DNA of 63,655 nucleotides, filler included, from Sphacelaria rigidula (taxonomy: Eukaryota), in the NCBI GenBank assembly GCA_964200075.2. It is 10 parts of 10 records of this genome, joined end to end, with 100 filler letters (N's around TTAATTAATTAA, not from the genome) between each part and the next. Parts side by side here need not be neighbours in the genome. Positions count along the whole stretch, not along the records: positions 1 to 6,276 come from CAXNAA020021058.1; positions 6,377 to 12,652 come from CAXNAA020021059.1; 8 more parts are not named here. One strand, written 5' to 3'. The notes beneath the pieces are model-generated. The model was not told the origin of the DNA and searched no databases. It saw only the letters and a program-made list of their open reading frames with translations. Positions 1 to 12,139 of the stretch are shown here, in pieces. Numbering within the stretch: position 1 is the first letter of the stretch; every line of letters begins with the position of its first letter. The position numbers and the translations under genes were made by a program.

Positions 1-1238
1 GCGGTGCTGCGGCAATAACAGATAGATCCAATTTGAACTTAGGGGGTGTTATTCATCGTTGATTTGCGCCGACCTCCCCAAGCCGGGCGCTTGACCACAC
101 GCCAGTTGAGGGGGGTGTATGAGAGATCAAACACTTGTAGAGACCTTTTTGACATGCGGAGTGAAAAACGATACCCATGGTGGTGACCTAACTGTTGCTA
201 GCGTGGCGCATAGGCAATCTGCAGCACACATACCGTGGTCGCGTGGACAGCTCGGTACAGCACGAGTACCTTCCCATAAGTAATGATTATTCCGATGTCA
301 GGAGGTCATGCATTATTATTACAACGAGCTGGGAGGAGAGACGAGAGTGCTCTACGATCAACCGCATGTAGTTGCATTCCAGACCCGCGCCATCAACCGC
401 CGACAGCAAGGGTGTTGTGGCTTTCACGCGACGCTGTCGGCAGTACGGCAGGCAAATCGGATCATAGTTACCTCCCGTCTGCGCAGTGGTGGTCACGCTA
501 ACTAACTACACCGATTTTGCAAGGCCTGTGAAAGCTAGAGTTCGACTTTTATGAGCAGCATGCACAAAATGAAAACGATTCCCAAAACCTGAGGGAAGGT
601 GGCCACTTCAAGTCCAGTTGAACATCCGAAGAAACTGTCGAACAGCAATACGAAACTTTTCTGGCATCGACATCGGACAGTGCTCGAACAACGGAACATA
701 AATCGACAAGTTACCGTTCGTATTAGAAAACAATGCGCTTGAAACACTTTGCAGCTTCGAAGACACAGATTCTGATGGAAAGAAACTTCTCCGGGCCCCC
801 ATGTGTATTGTACCCGCCTGTAAAAGTCGTTCCTTGTTCATCGATGCCTGGCTGGGAGACAGGAAAGTCATCCTCCCTCCAGTCATTCTGGTACAAAACA
901 CTGTTGATCTTATATTTAGTTTGCTACGATGAGTGAGGTTGCACATCACAGCCGGAGAATGCTTTTGTATTTTAATTTCGAAACCTTTTCGATATTTATG
1001 AAGGTTCCTGAGGTTCGTCCTCTACCAAAAAGTCTATCTTCAATTTTGAAAATAGACTGCTTCGAGCGGAGGGGGGGGGGGGGCATGTGTAGCTATACCC
1101 TGGATAATTGGTCCTGACGGTCCATCAAACAGGACACATACCACCTGACACACTCTCGTCATCCTTCGGTGCGGCGAATTAATCAAAGATAACCCGAGAT
1201 TATCACAACAAGCGACTGGATGTACCGGCGGTGCATAC

Positions 1239-4121
1239 CTTACGAGCATATTGACGGCGACCGATTGCGCTGCGGGTTTGGCGTGTAGATCGCTGCAAGC
1301 CTTTCTCTTCAGGTACGTCAGCGAAATACATTTCGATACCGGGGTTCGACGTCTGGAACGCCCAGGCAATGGCTTTCATTGCTTCCGGTGTAGTGGCGAA
1401 GCAGGCCTTTCGCCAGTGCCGCATCGTCACCAGCGACAGAGAATGCAAACCCAGCTGTTTTCGGTGACGAGGGGACACCAACGGGCCGTGGAGAAAAACA
1501 TATATACGTGGTGGAGGTCTGTCGTGTTCGCTGCACACTGGGTTGTTTCTCGGCGTATGAGCGGGTGGGAGACGCGGTACACGCGTCGTATACCCTCCGG
1601 CAACTAGTTTACAACAATACAAGCGGACTTGACTCGGTGGAGATGTGACATAAATGACCCGCGGCGCACATATGATACAAAAAGAATTTAAACTTCACCC
1701 AATGCCCACTACCGTCCCCATGTAATGCAGACCCGGTTTTGCAGTACCCCGTCTTTCACATTCCATTACTCACGTTCGTAAACTCCTTTGATATTTGTTC
1801 CCCCGTAACGGCATCACTCCCCGTCCTCTCCTGGACCGACGTTATGATCCCAACGTACATGTAAAGCTTGTCGTACGTGTTGCGGGGGGACAGAGTCTCG
1901 CCGACATCGTTTAAAGCTGTTCGAAGGCAGGCAGGTAGCAGCAACGGTTGACGCGGTTATTATTCACCGATGTTCCAGACTCTTCATTCGAAAACATTTC
2001 CTCTTTGACGCAGCTGATGCTGGGCAACAACAATATAAATCTATGAAGACGTCTCTTTGGTCCTTCATATGCCATTCTGTGTTCGCTCGGACGATCCCAA
2101 ACCACTTTGCGTTCGAAGGCGGACAGAGATATAATATTTGCCACACTCGTATGTTGGTCAGAGCACGGTCAGCCGGGAAACAAAACGCCCCGTCTTTTAT
2201 CCAACAGACCGTTCTTGGGCAAAACTTCAGCTGTTCCAAAAATCACCCGCGGCCACCGTAAAACGCAAAGGTGTTTGGAAACGTCTCAACGAGTGCAGCA
2301 ATACAATCGCAGGTGTCAACAATCGCGTACAAGGTTGTTCGTTCGGCCAAAATCAAAAACTGCCACCAGAAAAACGCGAAGGTGTCCTGCAATAATCTTA
2401 AAGGCTGAAGCACAACATTCGAAGGTGTCTGCGTTTGGGCCGTAACCCGACGCATCTAGACCACATAAACAATTCGTGCCAGGTTATTCTTGCCTACCAT
2501 AAGAATCGGCAAGAGAAATGGCGACAGCCGAGCTGTCGATTATGTCGACAAACCGAACAATGTAAGTCCGACTGCATGTTACTTGAGAACTGTAGCGTTG
2601 GAATCTGCTTTGTTTTGTTTTCGTTTCGATTCTGAGAATTGAATGAAAGGTCTGAACAAAATGCGCCCAAACACGTCCCGTCGAGGACGATCGTCCACTG
2701 CCCCCCCCCCTCTCGCCGCCACTTTTTCGCACAGGGCCCAGAGAGAAGGGTGAAAATTATGAATGGCAAAATGTTTGGACCAATCACAGCCTTGTCATGC
2801 ACAAAAATGCGAGAAGGGCCCACCATATCGGGATCAACAAAAGAAGCGAGAAACGGAACATATTGCTGCCTTTTGTCAGAGAAAAACGGCCGTAAAACAC
2901 TATCGCAGAACAAAGAATAGAAGTTGGGGACTTTCGGGAAAACATCGCAGATTTGTCGCAAGGCTCGCAGATATTTCCCGCAGGCACGACATTGGGTGTG
3001 TGAGACGCACGAAATCTCGCTGACAAATATATGTATGCAAAACAACAACCAGAAGCACCCAGGCGCCGAAGCAAAGATATATGTGCCGGCGTACTCGTGT
3101 CTGCGAAGTGCAGGGCCATACTGTTTTTTTAGAGCCCGAAAAAGAGAAAAGGCGCATAGAAATGTTTGAGGCGCCATTTTCCTCTCTTTAGGGGCTGAAA
3201 AAGAAGAAAGGCACACAAAAAAAGGGCGCAAAAAAATAACAAAAATGCGCCGAAAACGAAACAAAAAAGGCGAAAAGCATGAAAACAGTACCCGAAAAAC
3301 ACGAGGAAAAGTAGTCAAGGATCCAAAGTCTACACCTCAGGCACACGCGAACCGTCGTTTGAATCATAGACCCGCGGACGAGCCGTGTTAGAAGCCGAGC
3401 CTGAATTCTTGGCGCTAAACTAGTGTGCAGTCACAACAACCCCCCCCACCCCAAGTAGATCAGTCGTGACATCCCTGGCCGGTACAGGCGGAGAACGGGG
3501 TTCTCATCCTCATGCACAGCGTACACGTTCAACCCCGACACGTTTCTTTCTACATGCTTAAACCCTATGACCTAATCATTACGTTGGCATATTTTAAACA
3601 CTAGGCCGTGCGACAATCGTTTACCTTGCATCAGATAGTTCAATGCTCTCGAAACGACTGCGGAGGAACGTGGCTACAGACAATACCATCGGTCAATATT
3701 CTGACTCACCGTCGCCAAGGATTTGCGTGACCTCTGGCCCGAACTCATGGTACACTCGACACGGCACGCTGTGATCTTGCTCGAAAATCGATCTCGCCGC
3801 CGACATTCGATGATTTCCGTCCAAGACGCGAATCTCGCACGTCGAGAGAAACTCCGACGTTATTCCTACATTCTCGGGGACACCTTCATGCGGCATCACT
3901 ATGGCTGGCGGATTGTGCGTGAGCCACCCCTTTGACTTCAACGAAGTGATGATCTTCTCCACTCCACGAGGGTTCAGCTCGCCGGTGAGGGACGTCACGG
4001 CGATTTGAGATAAATTTATCGGAAACGTACCTACTTAGTGGCTGGTGAGAAGGGTTTCCATGTTCCGCTGTACTGGCGCTACTGTCCCTGACGGCTGACT
4101 TCTGACATCAGGGGAATCCAT
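1239..4121 (-). pseudogene. Spliced ParB/Sulfiredoxin-like N-terminal domain + HTH gene; exons 4121-3710, 1916-1774, 1454-1239; one in-frame stop, probably continues degenerate toward position 1
   Basis: Exon 1 reads MDSP...SH*VGTFPINLSQIAVTSLTGELNPRGVEKIITSLKSKGW...IRVLDGNHRMSAARSIF...VPCRVY...ILGD (ParB-type DGxHR motif). Donors gtgagt, gtgagt and gtatgc with cag acceptors join in phase to ALNDVGETLSPRNTYDKL...EQISKEFTN|LGLHSLSLVTMRHWRKAC (HTH-like). TAA at 4035-4037. Confidence 0.6.
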
Positions 4122-4448
4122 TAGGCTGAAACAAAGGTTACCTGCTTCCTCACTGTTGTGGTATGCGGGCTGCAGTCGGCGGTGCAGTGGGTTGTGTAAG
4201 GCAGGGGGGAGGTGGGGTGAAGGGTGGTAGAGCGAGAGACGGCGAGAACGTTCTAATATCGCGGTTAGATGCAGGTCACGATTGGGATACGTTGCCTACC
4301 TTTATCCACAGCGTCACCTGTACTCGGAATTCGACAACATATCTGGGTCATATCAGTCTCGCATGAGTACTACTAAGCCATATTCTTCGATAATATCTTA
4401 CTTAGTAGCTAGTACGACGGTGTCCTTCTTACGAGCTCCATTTTCCGT

Positions 4449-5262
4449 AGGGTGGTGACCCACTTGCCGCGTGTCAGGTGCCATACCACTGACACAATCC
4501 CACCAGTCAGGCAGGTGAAAAGACCTAAAGATTCCAAAATTTGTCGACATGTGTCCTATTCTCTGATCACGCTTCGGCTGCACATGGTCAGTTGTACACA
4601 GGACCACAGGATATTTGTCCCGACATTCTGACGGTCAGGGCATGTTGATTTGTGGCGTCGAAAAGATTGATCTAAACGTGGAACAACACCAACGTCGTCC
4701 TTGCTGTCCAAACATGACCACCCCGCCGACGCTGTCACAAACGTACTGACATCGCCTACTCTCAAACACTCACTTACCAGAGGAATTAGTGTGGGGCGTA
4801 CGTTCATACCGATTACAGAGGCGGGCCGCCTCCTGTTCGCGACATACGGGTGGCTTGACTCCAAAAAGAAGGTAAGAGCAATCCCCTCTCGAGTCGATCG
4901 TGCCGGTGACGGGTGCTATTCCCTCCACACAGCCTATTGCGCTGCAAGATATGTTTGCATCGAGTTTCGAGTGCTGTCGCAGTCCACGCTGTGTTGAACG
5001 GTTCGTTGAAAAGACGCTTGATGCTCAGAGGTTGGCGTCGGAGCAAGAGGACCTCAGTCGTGTCGTCGCGCGCAGAGCAAGACTGGCTTGGGTTCGAGAG
5101 CACGTGCCGTGTCAGAAACCCGGTAAAAACATGGGGTCAATGTATGCTTCTGACGACGTGGTGTGTAATCGGTTCTTCACAAGAGTGTTTGCTGTGTCGA
5201 AGAACCTCGTTGAGGACGCCAAGAGGAACCCGGGTGCTCCATCGGTATTGAGAACCATGTGA
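4449..5262 (+). pseudogene. Degenerate ORF resembling the Cys-rich N-terminus of a DNA transposase (Sola-like)
   Basis: FECCRSPRCVERF...QRLA...VVCNRFFTRVFAVSKNLV matches the CC..C / VC..FF..VF.VS pattern I recall from Sola-type transposase N-termini. Upstream zinc-finger-like ICRHVSYSLITLRLHMVSC. Stops and a frameshift are present and no catalytic core is visible. Confidence 0.35.
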
Positions 5263-6276
5263 GTATCTTATATCTCGTCGCCAAGTTTGAGCAGATGTGT
5301 GACTCTCGCTGTCGTGTAGCAAAGCGAACATATTATGTAGATTTCAAACAATATACGGCGGTACTATACTAGGCAAGCTCCACGTAAAAATAGACCGAAA
5401 ATGTGTGTTACCACAGCCTGCTGTGACCGTGCTTTACTGTAGCGCCGGCCGACACATACCGGCTTACTGTTTCTTGCCGTCGAACCCAGCGAAAACATTC
5501 AACATGTGTGACTGAATTGGTCCGCAGTAGGCTTCGGACGGGTGTGAAGTCGTGAGGGCGCACCCAGGAACAGCCGGTTGTTGCTGTTGCTGTTGTTCTT
5601 CTTGTTGTCTTCACATTAAAAAGTCGTTCCGGTATCTGCGCAGTGCTGTACTGGGCATCTGACTCGGACGTCTTCCGTGGTCACAGGCTACCACCCCATG
5701 TTAGAGTAAAAGGAAAATCAACCGGTACAGGTTTGAATCTTGAATCGATTACTGTATCCAGTTCTATTACTGTTTTGCGGCCGTGGTCCGCCTCGAAACC
5801 GTTTCACCGGCTGACAGTCCAGGAACATTGACGATTTTCCAGAGGGCAGGGGAGTTCGACGAACAGCCGGAGAGCTCAAGAAGTCAACCATTTGTTTTTG
5901 GAAGTAAAGACTCCGCTCGCAGTCTTTCGGGTCTACCTGACCTTCTCGCGTTGCCAGCATAGCTTCACATTATTTGTAGTGTTGTTGTGAAACACGAAGC
6001 GGAGACATCAGCAGCGTGCATGTAACCACGGAAACTGAAAGGTGCTCGTCGAAGACATACTGTTACATACTGTACTGACTTTGCATGCGCTTGACTACGG
6101 GCTCGAAACCGGTCAGGGACTTTCCTGTACTGCTGTCTATTCATATGAGTCATCCTACGATAGGGGTGGGGGTATTTCGGGCCATTTGTTGCTCGAAATT
6201 TCGAGTCAGATTGTCGTTGAAAGCAGCAACGACTGTTCGAACAAGCGTGTTGTGGATCAATAACGCTCATCCATAC

Positions 6277-6376
6277 NNNNNNNNNNNNNNNNNNNNNNNN
6301 NNNNNNNNNNNNNNNNNNNNTTAATTAATTAANNNNNNNNNNNNNNNNNNNNNNNNNNNNNNNNNNNNNNNNNNNN
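6277..6376. other. Artificial contig spacer (also 12653-12752, 19029-19128, 25405-25504, 31781-31880, 38156-38255, 44531-44630, 50906-51005, 57281-57380)
   Basis: Identical N44-ttaattaattaa-N44 (stops in all six frames) nine times, separating pieces of 6276 or 6275 bp. Confidence 0.97.
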
Positions 6377-6445
6377 GATCAGGCGCTGTATGACCATTTT
6401 TTTCGTGACACTTTTAGCTGTTTTTGGGGGGGGCTATCGTAGAAA

Positions 6446-7020
6446 GTGTCGGCCGCCGTCAACCAGTTCGATGTTCCTCGGTGCTTCCGCATCGACAACG
6501 ACGGTGAATTCCGTTCGCAAGACTTCATCGATCTCTGTGACGAGGTGCGGATTCGCCGCGAGTATACAGCGCCCGATATCCCGAAGCACAACGCTGTAGC
6601 CGAGAGCGCAATCTGGCGCATGATGAAGGCTGGCCATGCTGCGCGATGTGAAGCTTCGCGCCTCTTCCCCGCTAAAGACTTCATGGATATCCCCGGACTC
6701 GGTGGCACCTTGGATAGACTCTGGTTGGAGTCCGCGGTCTGGGCCACGGATGGCTTCAACCGCTCCGTCGCGATGGCTAACCTCGGGAAGGTCCCGCCGT
6801 ACCAGGTTTTCACCGGCCGTACCCCTCCTCTTCGGATCGTTCCCTCCCTTCGACCTGGGATGATGAAGGTCACACGACGCTCCAAGATGGATCCGCAAGC
6901 TGTCAAGTGCTACTATCTCAACAACGGCTGCAACCATTCACCGTCAACCGTCAAGATCGTCAAAGCCTCAACCGGCTCCGTCTGTTATACCAACAACGTG
7001 GTCTGGACAGTGCCCCGTCT
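6446..7020 (+). pseudogene. Copia integrase core
   Basis: D(N)xGEF...NAVAE motif, LW..AV, SKMDPQAVKC (ORF 6446..7564). Confidence 0.88.
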
Positions 7021-7084
7021 ACCACTCCAACCATCAGCGCCGCTCGACGGAAGGAGGGGGCAACGCGGCAACACTGAGACTTCA

Positions 7085-7710
7085 GCTTCCGCCGCCGCCG
7101 CCGCCGCCAACTTGCCGCCGCACCACCATGCCGCTCCACCATCACATCATCCCGCTCCCGCTGTCGCCACCAAACCATGCTCCCTCGCAACCACATGCTT
7201 CCGCTGCCGCCGTCAACCGCTCCACTGTCACATCATCCCGCACCCACCGCCGCCGTCTACAACCCGCCGCCGCCACCAAACCATGCTCCCCGCAATCACA
7301 AGCCGCCGCTCCCGCCGCCAACTTGGGCCGCGCCGCAATGCTGCTTCACCATCACATCATCCCGCACCCGCCGCCGCCGTCTACAATCCGCCGCCGCCGC
7401 CGCGAAACCATGCCCCCTCACAATCGCAACCAAATGCCGCCCCTGCCGCCGCCAACTTGCCGCCGCGCCGCCATACTGCGCCACCATCACATCATCCCGC
7501 ACCCGCCGCCGCCGTCTACAACCCGTCGCCGCCGCGAAACCATGCCCACTCACAACCGCATTAACATGCCGCCGCCACCGCCAACTTGCCGCCGCGCCGC
7601 CATGCTGCTCAGCCATCACATCATATCGCACCCGCCGCCGCCCCGAAACCAAACTATTCCGCTACCGCGATCACATGCCGCCGCCGCCAACTTGCCGCCG
7701 CTGCCACACC
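7085..7710 (+). repeat. Imperfect GC-rich tandem repeat in the copia INT-RT linker (Pro/His/Ala-rich)
   Basis: Recurrent gccgccaacttgccgccgc / ccatcacatcatcccgcacccgccgccg / aaaccatgc blocks; translates as repeated AANLPP..HAAPPSHHPAPAAAVYNPPPP. Confidence 0.85.
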
Positions 7711-8914
7711 GTACTGGTCCGCGAACTTACTATCCCATCTCACCACGACCATATTATACTGCTCTGCTAGGACGACACCATGAACCTTCCAATCTCGTCC
7801 CACCGCGACCTTTTAATTCTTTTCCGCCGTGACATCGACCCTATTATCCTATTTCCCCGCAACCGCAACATACTTTGCCACCGCCACTACATCGCACAAC
7901 CGTGCCACCACCGACATTTACACCGACTCGTGCGGCACATCATTCATCTCCACCTTTCACCACATCGTCGGCACCACCACCATCCGTCGCCACGCAACAC
8001 ATTCAAAAGCAGCGCGACATACGGCCGACTTCACCACCCCAGCAACCTCATTCGCGGCACCGTCAACCAACTTCATCCCCGATTTCCAATGGCTCTTCGG
8101 CACCATCATCCATTTCAGAGCCTTCATCAGCAACTCACCATCTACAAGACCGCTCTCTATCACCGTTGCCCGACAGGGTGGCGAAGGAACTTGACCTGAG
8201 GAGTGACCCTCGGCAACCGGAGAGGACTCGATCGGAGACGACCCAGCATACAGCCGAGAGGAAGGGGGGCGACAGAATTGCACTTATTCATCATGAGAGA
8301 GATCCTTTTGCGCAGCTCGACATACCATCCCTTTTATCCGCCCACCTGACGCGCTCCGTAATAGAGACCGGAAGGAAGCGCCAGGGCGATGGGGCAAGGG
8401 GGCGCAAGGGTTTGCAATATCGGACTGCGACTACGATGGCAGCGCGCGAGGACATCAACATAGCAGTGAAAGAGGAGCGTCCGCCGCATGAACCACCGAG
8501 ACTTCCCCACCGCCCAGTAAAAGAGTTGACCACACCGAAGACATACGCTGAAGCGACACGTCCAGAATAGGGAGGAGTATGGGAGTACTCCATGGCGCGA
8601 GCGTTTCAAGGCCTGCAGGAAGCAGGAACGATGGATGCGGTAATATAGCAATCAGTAGAAAATAATATTCCCGCGGAATGGGTTTAAAACCGGAAGACTG
8701 ATGAGTTTGAGTGGCCAACAAAAGAAAAATCAAGACTGGTCGCAAGAGGAGATCCACAACGGCAGACGTTGACTTTGGTGATTTATATACACCTACAGTA
8801 GCGGTTTCGAGTGTACGATTGCTGACAGCACTTGCTTGTGAGCAAAATCTTCCGTTGTGCCATTTTGATATCGAGCAAACTTTTGTGCAGTCCGTACTGA
8901 ACGAAGATGTTTTT

Positions 8915-10698
8915 CATACGTCGGATGAGCACGAGTGTGACTCGTGGCACTCGCACTCGTCGGGCTGCTCGTTGGTCGTAAATATTAATAGAGGAAGCAC
9001 TCGAGTTATTACTCGTTGTGGCAAAATATAACAGAGCGAACACTCGAGTCATCGCTCGTTGGGGGAAAACATAATCGGACGAGCACTCGAGTCATTGCTC
9101 AATGTGGAAACAAACTAATAGGGCGAGCACTCGAGTCATTGATCGTTGTGGAAACAAACTAATAGGACGAGCACTCGAGTCATTGCTCGTTGTGGAAAAA
9201 AAATAGTAGGGCGAGCACTCGAGTCTTTGCTCGTTGTGGAAAAATAGTAATGAGGCGAGCACTCGAGTCATTGCTCGTTGTCGAAAAAATTAACCACTTT
9301 GGGACGGGGCCCCCAGAACGACCAATGAGGCTGGTTGGAATGACGTGTCTGACGTCTGCACAAAACAGTGGCATGTCGCTGAAAATCCGCGTATATAACC
9401 GCGGAGTTATGAGGAAGGCCGAAAGTTTCGTCCAATCTATCTTCAGGTGCAGGGTGCGCATGAGGTAATGTACATCTGATGTAGCAAGCAGTATGGGTCG
9501 CGGTAGAGAGCTTTCAACAGGGAGCGGCGCCCGGTGGGCCGCCCGCCACTTGTAGCCTTGGATAATAGTGATGCTCCCATCACCTTGCCACACGGCTCTT
9601 CGTGGTCGGGTTGGGCCGCCATCTCCCTCTTTGTTGCAATAGAGAAATTCTCTTCAAAGAATATGGGCGTTGCGGCGCACATACATACAGTACAGTACAG
9701 TGTAGCACAGTAAGTGCAGTACGCCTCTCCGACTGCAGCAGCAGCTGCCGCTGCATGCTCCCTTGCACGTTCTGGGTAGTTCTCAGCGACGGAGATCAGC
9801 TGTCTATGCACAGCTTGTTCATCCCCGCCCACCACATATATGTTCACAGTGTTCTGCAAATCATCGGCAGAGGGATAAGCAGAAAAATTCTTGAAGATTG
9901 CTATCTTTGTCTTTCCACGGCCCACCTGGGTTTAGTGCCTCGTGAAAATGACCACTTTGTGGCACGTACACTCCTTCCCGGTTTTCCCACTCCACCCTGT
10001 GTTAGTGCAATTACTACGTTCTAGTATAGTAGGCTGGCGACCCCCCAAAACTCCTGGGAAACCCCGGTACCGCTATACTGAGTGCAAGTAATACGATAAG
10101 CCATGCTCCGGGCACCCTGGCTTTAGAAACCTGGGAAGGCTTGTCTGGGCCAGGGATAGGGCCCCCACACTATCTTTGCAGTGACATCACACTCGGCAAC
10201 AGTCCTCGCGCTGGTCGTTCGGGTCTGGTCGACAAATTTTGCCTCGTCGTGATTGAGCAGGTCGCTCCCTGATTTATTTTCTATTATTTCACGAAGACAT
10301 GGCCAACCTCGTGGTAATGGGGGGTCGGTCCCATGCAAAAGGGTCAGTAGGACGAGCACTCGAGTCATCGCTCGTTGTGGAAACAAACTAATGGGGCGAG
10401 CACTCGAGTCATTGTTCGTTGTGAAAAAATATTAATAGAGCGAGCACTCGAGTCATTGCTCGTTGTGGAAACAAACTAATAGGGCGAGCACTCGAGCCAT
10501 TGCTCGTTGTGGAAAAAATAATAGGGCGAGCACTCGAGTCATTGCTCGTTGTAAAAAGAAGTAATGACTCGAGCACAGGAGTCATTGCTCGTTGTAAAAA
10601 AGAAGTATGACTCGAGAACACGAGTCATGCTCGTTGTGTTTTCAAGAAACATCCACGACTGCACTCGCTTCGACGAGTAATGACTGGTCTGGCGTGTG
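8915..10698. mobile_element. Non-autonomous TIR DNA transposon inserted in the copia RT, 8-bp TSD (hAT-like)
   Basis: TSD atgttttt at 8907-8914 and 10699-10706. Imperfect TIR catacgtcgga / tctggcgtgtg. Subterminal ~44-bp tandem arrays (gggcgagcactcgagtcattgctcgttgtggaaa) at ~8990-9290 and ~10350-10640. RT reads EDVF | RLPHGCG across it. Confidence 0.88.
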
Positions 10699-10706
10699 AT
10701 GTTTTT

Positions 10707-11868
10707 TGCGTTTGCCTCATGGCTGTGGTAATTTATCTGGTAAGGTAGTGAGACTCAATAAATCGGTCTATAGCCTCAGACGGGCATCGAGACAGTGATA
10801 TCTTCATTTAGCAGGATGCCTTGAGAATTTAAGTCTTGATCAGTGCTTGGCGGATTCGTGTGTGTGTTCCGACTGATGGAGAACAATCAAGTAGTGAGAC
10901 ACCTTGGTGGTACATGTAGATGATATATTTGCCGTAGGGGATGAGGAAAGGTGTGATTAATTTGGTGAACAGCTGAACACGATGGTTCCAGTCAAGAATC
11001 TAGGAGAACTGAGATGGTATTCGGGACTGTATTACGAGAGAGACTTGAAAAGGGGGATCCTTACTGTATCGCAACAGACTTGAGCAGAGGAGTTGGTGGA
11101 GGAGTACAATATATCATGGGGGAATAAGACGCCTATGAGTGCAGGTGTAAAACTCGAGGATTTCAATGAGGATGAGCAGGTCACGACGTTCTCATTCAGA
11201 AAATTGGTAGGGTCACTCATGTGGCTGGCAAACCAGACTAGACCAGGTATTTGTAAAGCAGTGAGAGCGGTAGCGAGATATTGCGCATCCCCAAGGTTGA
11301 TTCACTGGCGCACTGCCCTTGGTATCCTTGGGTATCTTAGGCGAACGAGAACATTGGGCATTACTTTTCGGAGAGACAGTTTGCAAGGTCTCAGCTTTCA
11401 AGCACATGCTGATGCAGATTACGCGAGCAAGGCTGCCGATAGGCGATCAGTGTCGGGTGGACTAGTCATGTGCGGGGGTGGATGTGTGTCATTGTTCTCA
11501 ACGACGCAAAAGTGTGTGACGTTGTCGACTTCTGAAGCAGAATACGTTGCAATGACCGACTTGGCGAAGGAGGTGTCTTTTTTCAGAGAAGTGTGGGGAT
11601 TCATGCTGCCTGAAGTTGGAGAGATATATATTTATATGTTCGAGGATAATCAGGGCACTATTCAAATGGCACAGAACCCCATGAATATCAAACTCTAACT
11701 CTAAGGTCATCGATATAAGATACCATTTTATCAGGGAATTAGTGGGAAGGGAGGATATTTCAATTACTCATGTCCGATCTGAGTACCAGCATGCCGACTT
11801 TTTGACGAAGATTTTACCGGCAGAGTGCTTTGAATTCCACCGTGACTATAATATGAGCCTCTTTTGAC
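10707..11868 (+). pseudogene. Copia RT C-terminal half + RNase H
   Basis: ORF 11093..11698 plus flanking frames with stops and frameshifts. Confidence 0.9.
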
Positions 11869-12139
11869 TTCCGTGGTGAGAAGAGTATGTTTTTCCTTGT
11901 AGATTTTTGGAGAAACACGTCATGAGTTTCGATACTTCATGCTCCCGAAAATGGTGAGATTATATGGGGCCAGGGGGGCATATAATTCAGGAGGTGATTT
12001 CCCGTGATGACTTTGCTTTTTTTCTTGCTGAGTCTTCCATGTATCCCGGCATTTGTGCTTTTGAGTTTGTCTTATATCATGGGATGAAACTAAGATTTTT
12101 TGTGTGATATGAGTAAGGTTGAGCCTCGACGAGGGGGGC

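Noticed and set aside
1..500. DNA methyltransferase fused to the ParB gene (GNYDPICLPY, WRVVK)
   Set aside because: No true DPPY/NPPY or FxGxG motif, and the reading frame is uncertain.
2494..3318. 274-aa minus-strand ORF
   Set aside because: Phe-rich product of A-tracts within an inferred intron, with no motif.
8990..10640. CRISPR-like repeat arrays
   Set aside because: The intervening sequences are only ~10-15 bp, A-rich and similar to each other. There are no cas genes, and the arrays lie inside a TSD-bounded transposon in eukaryotic DNA.
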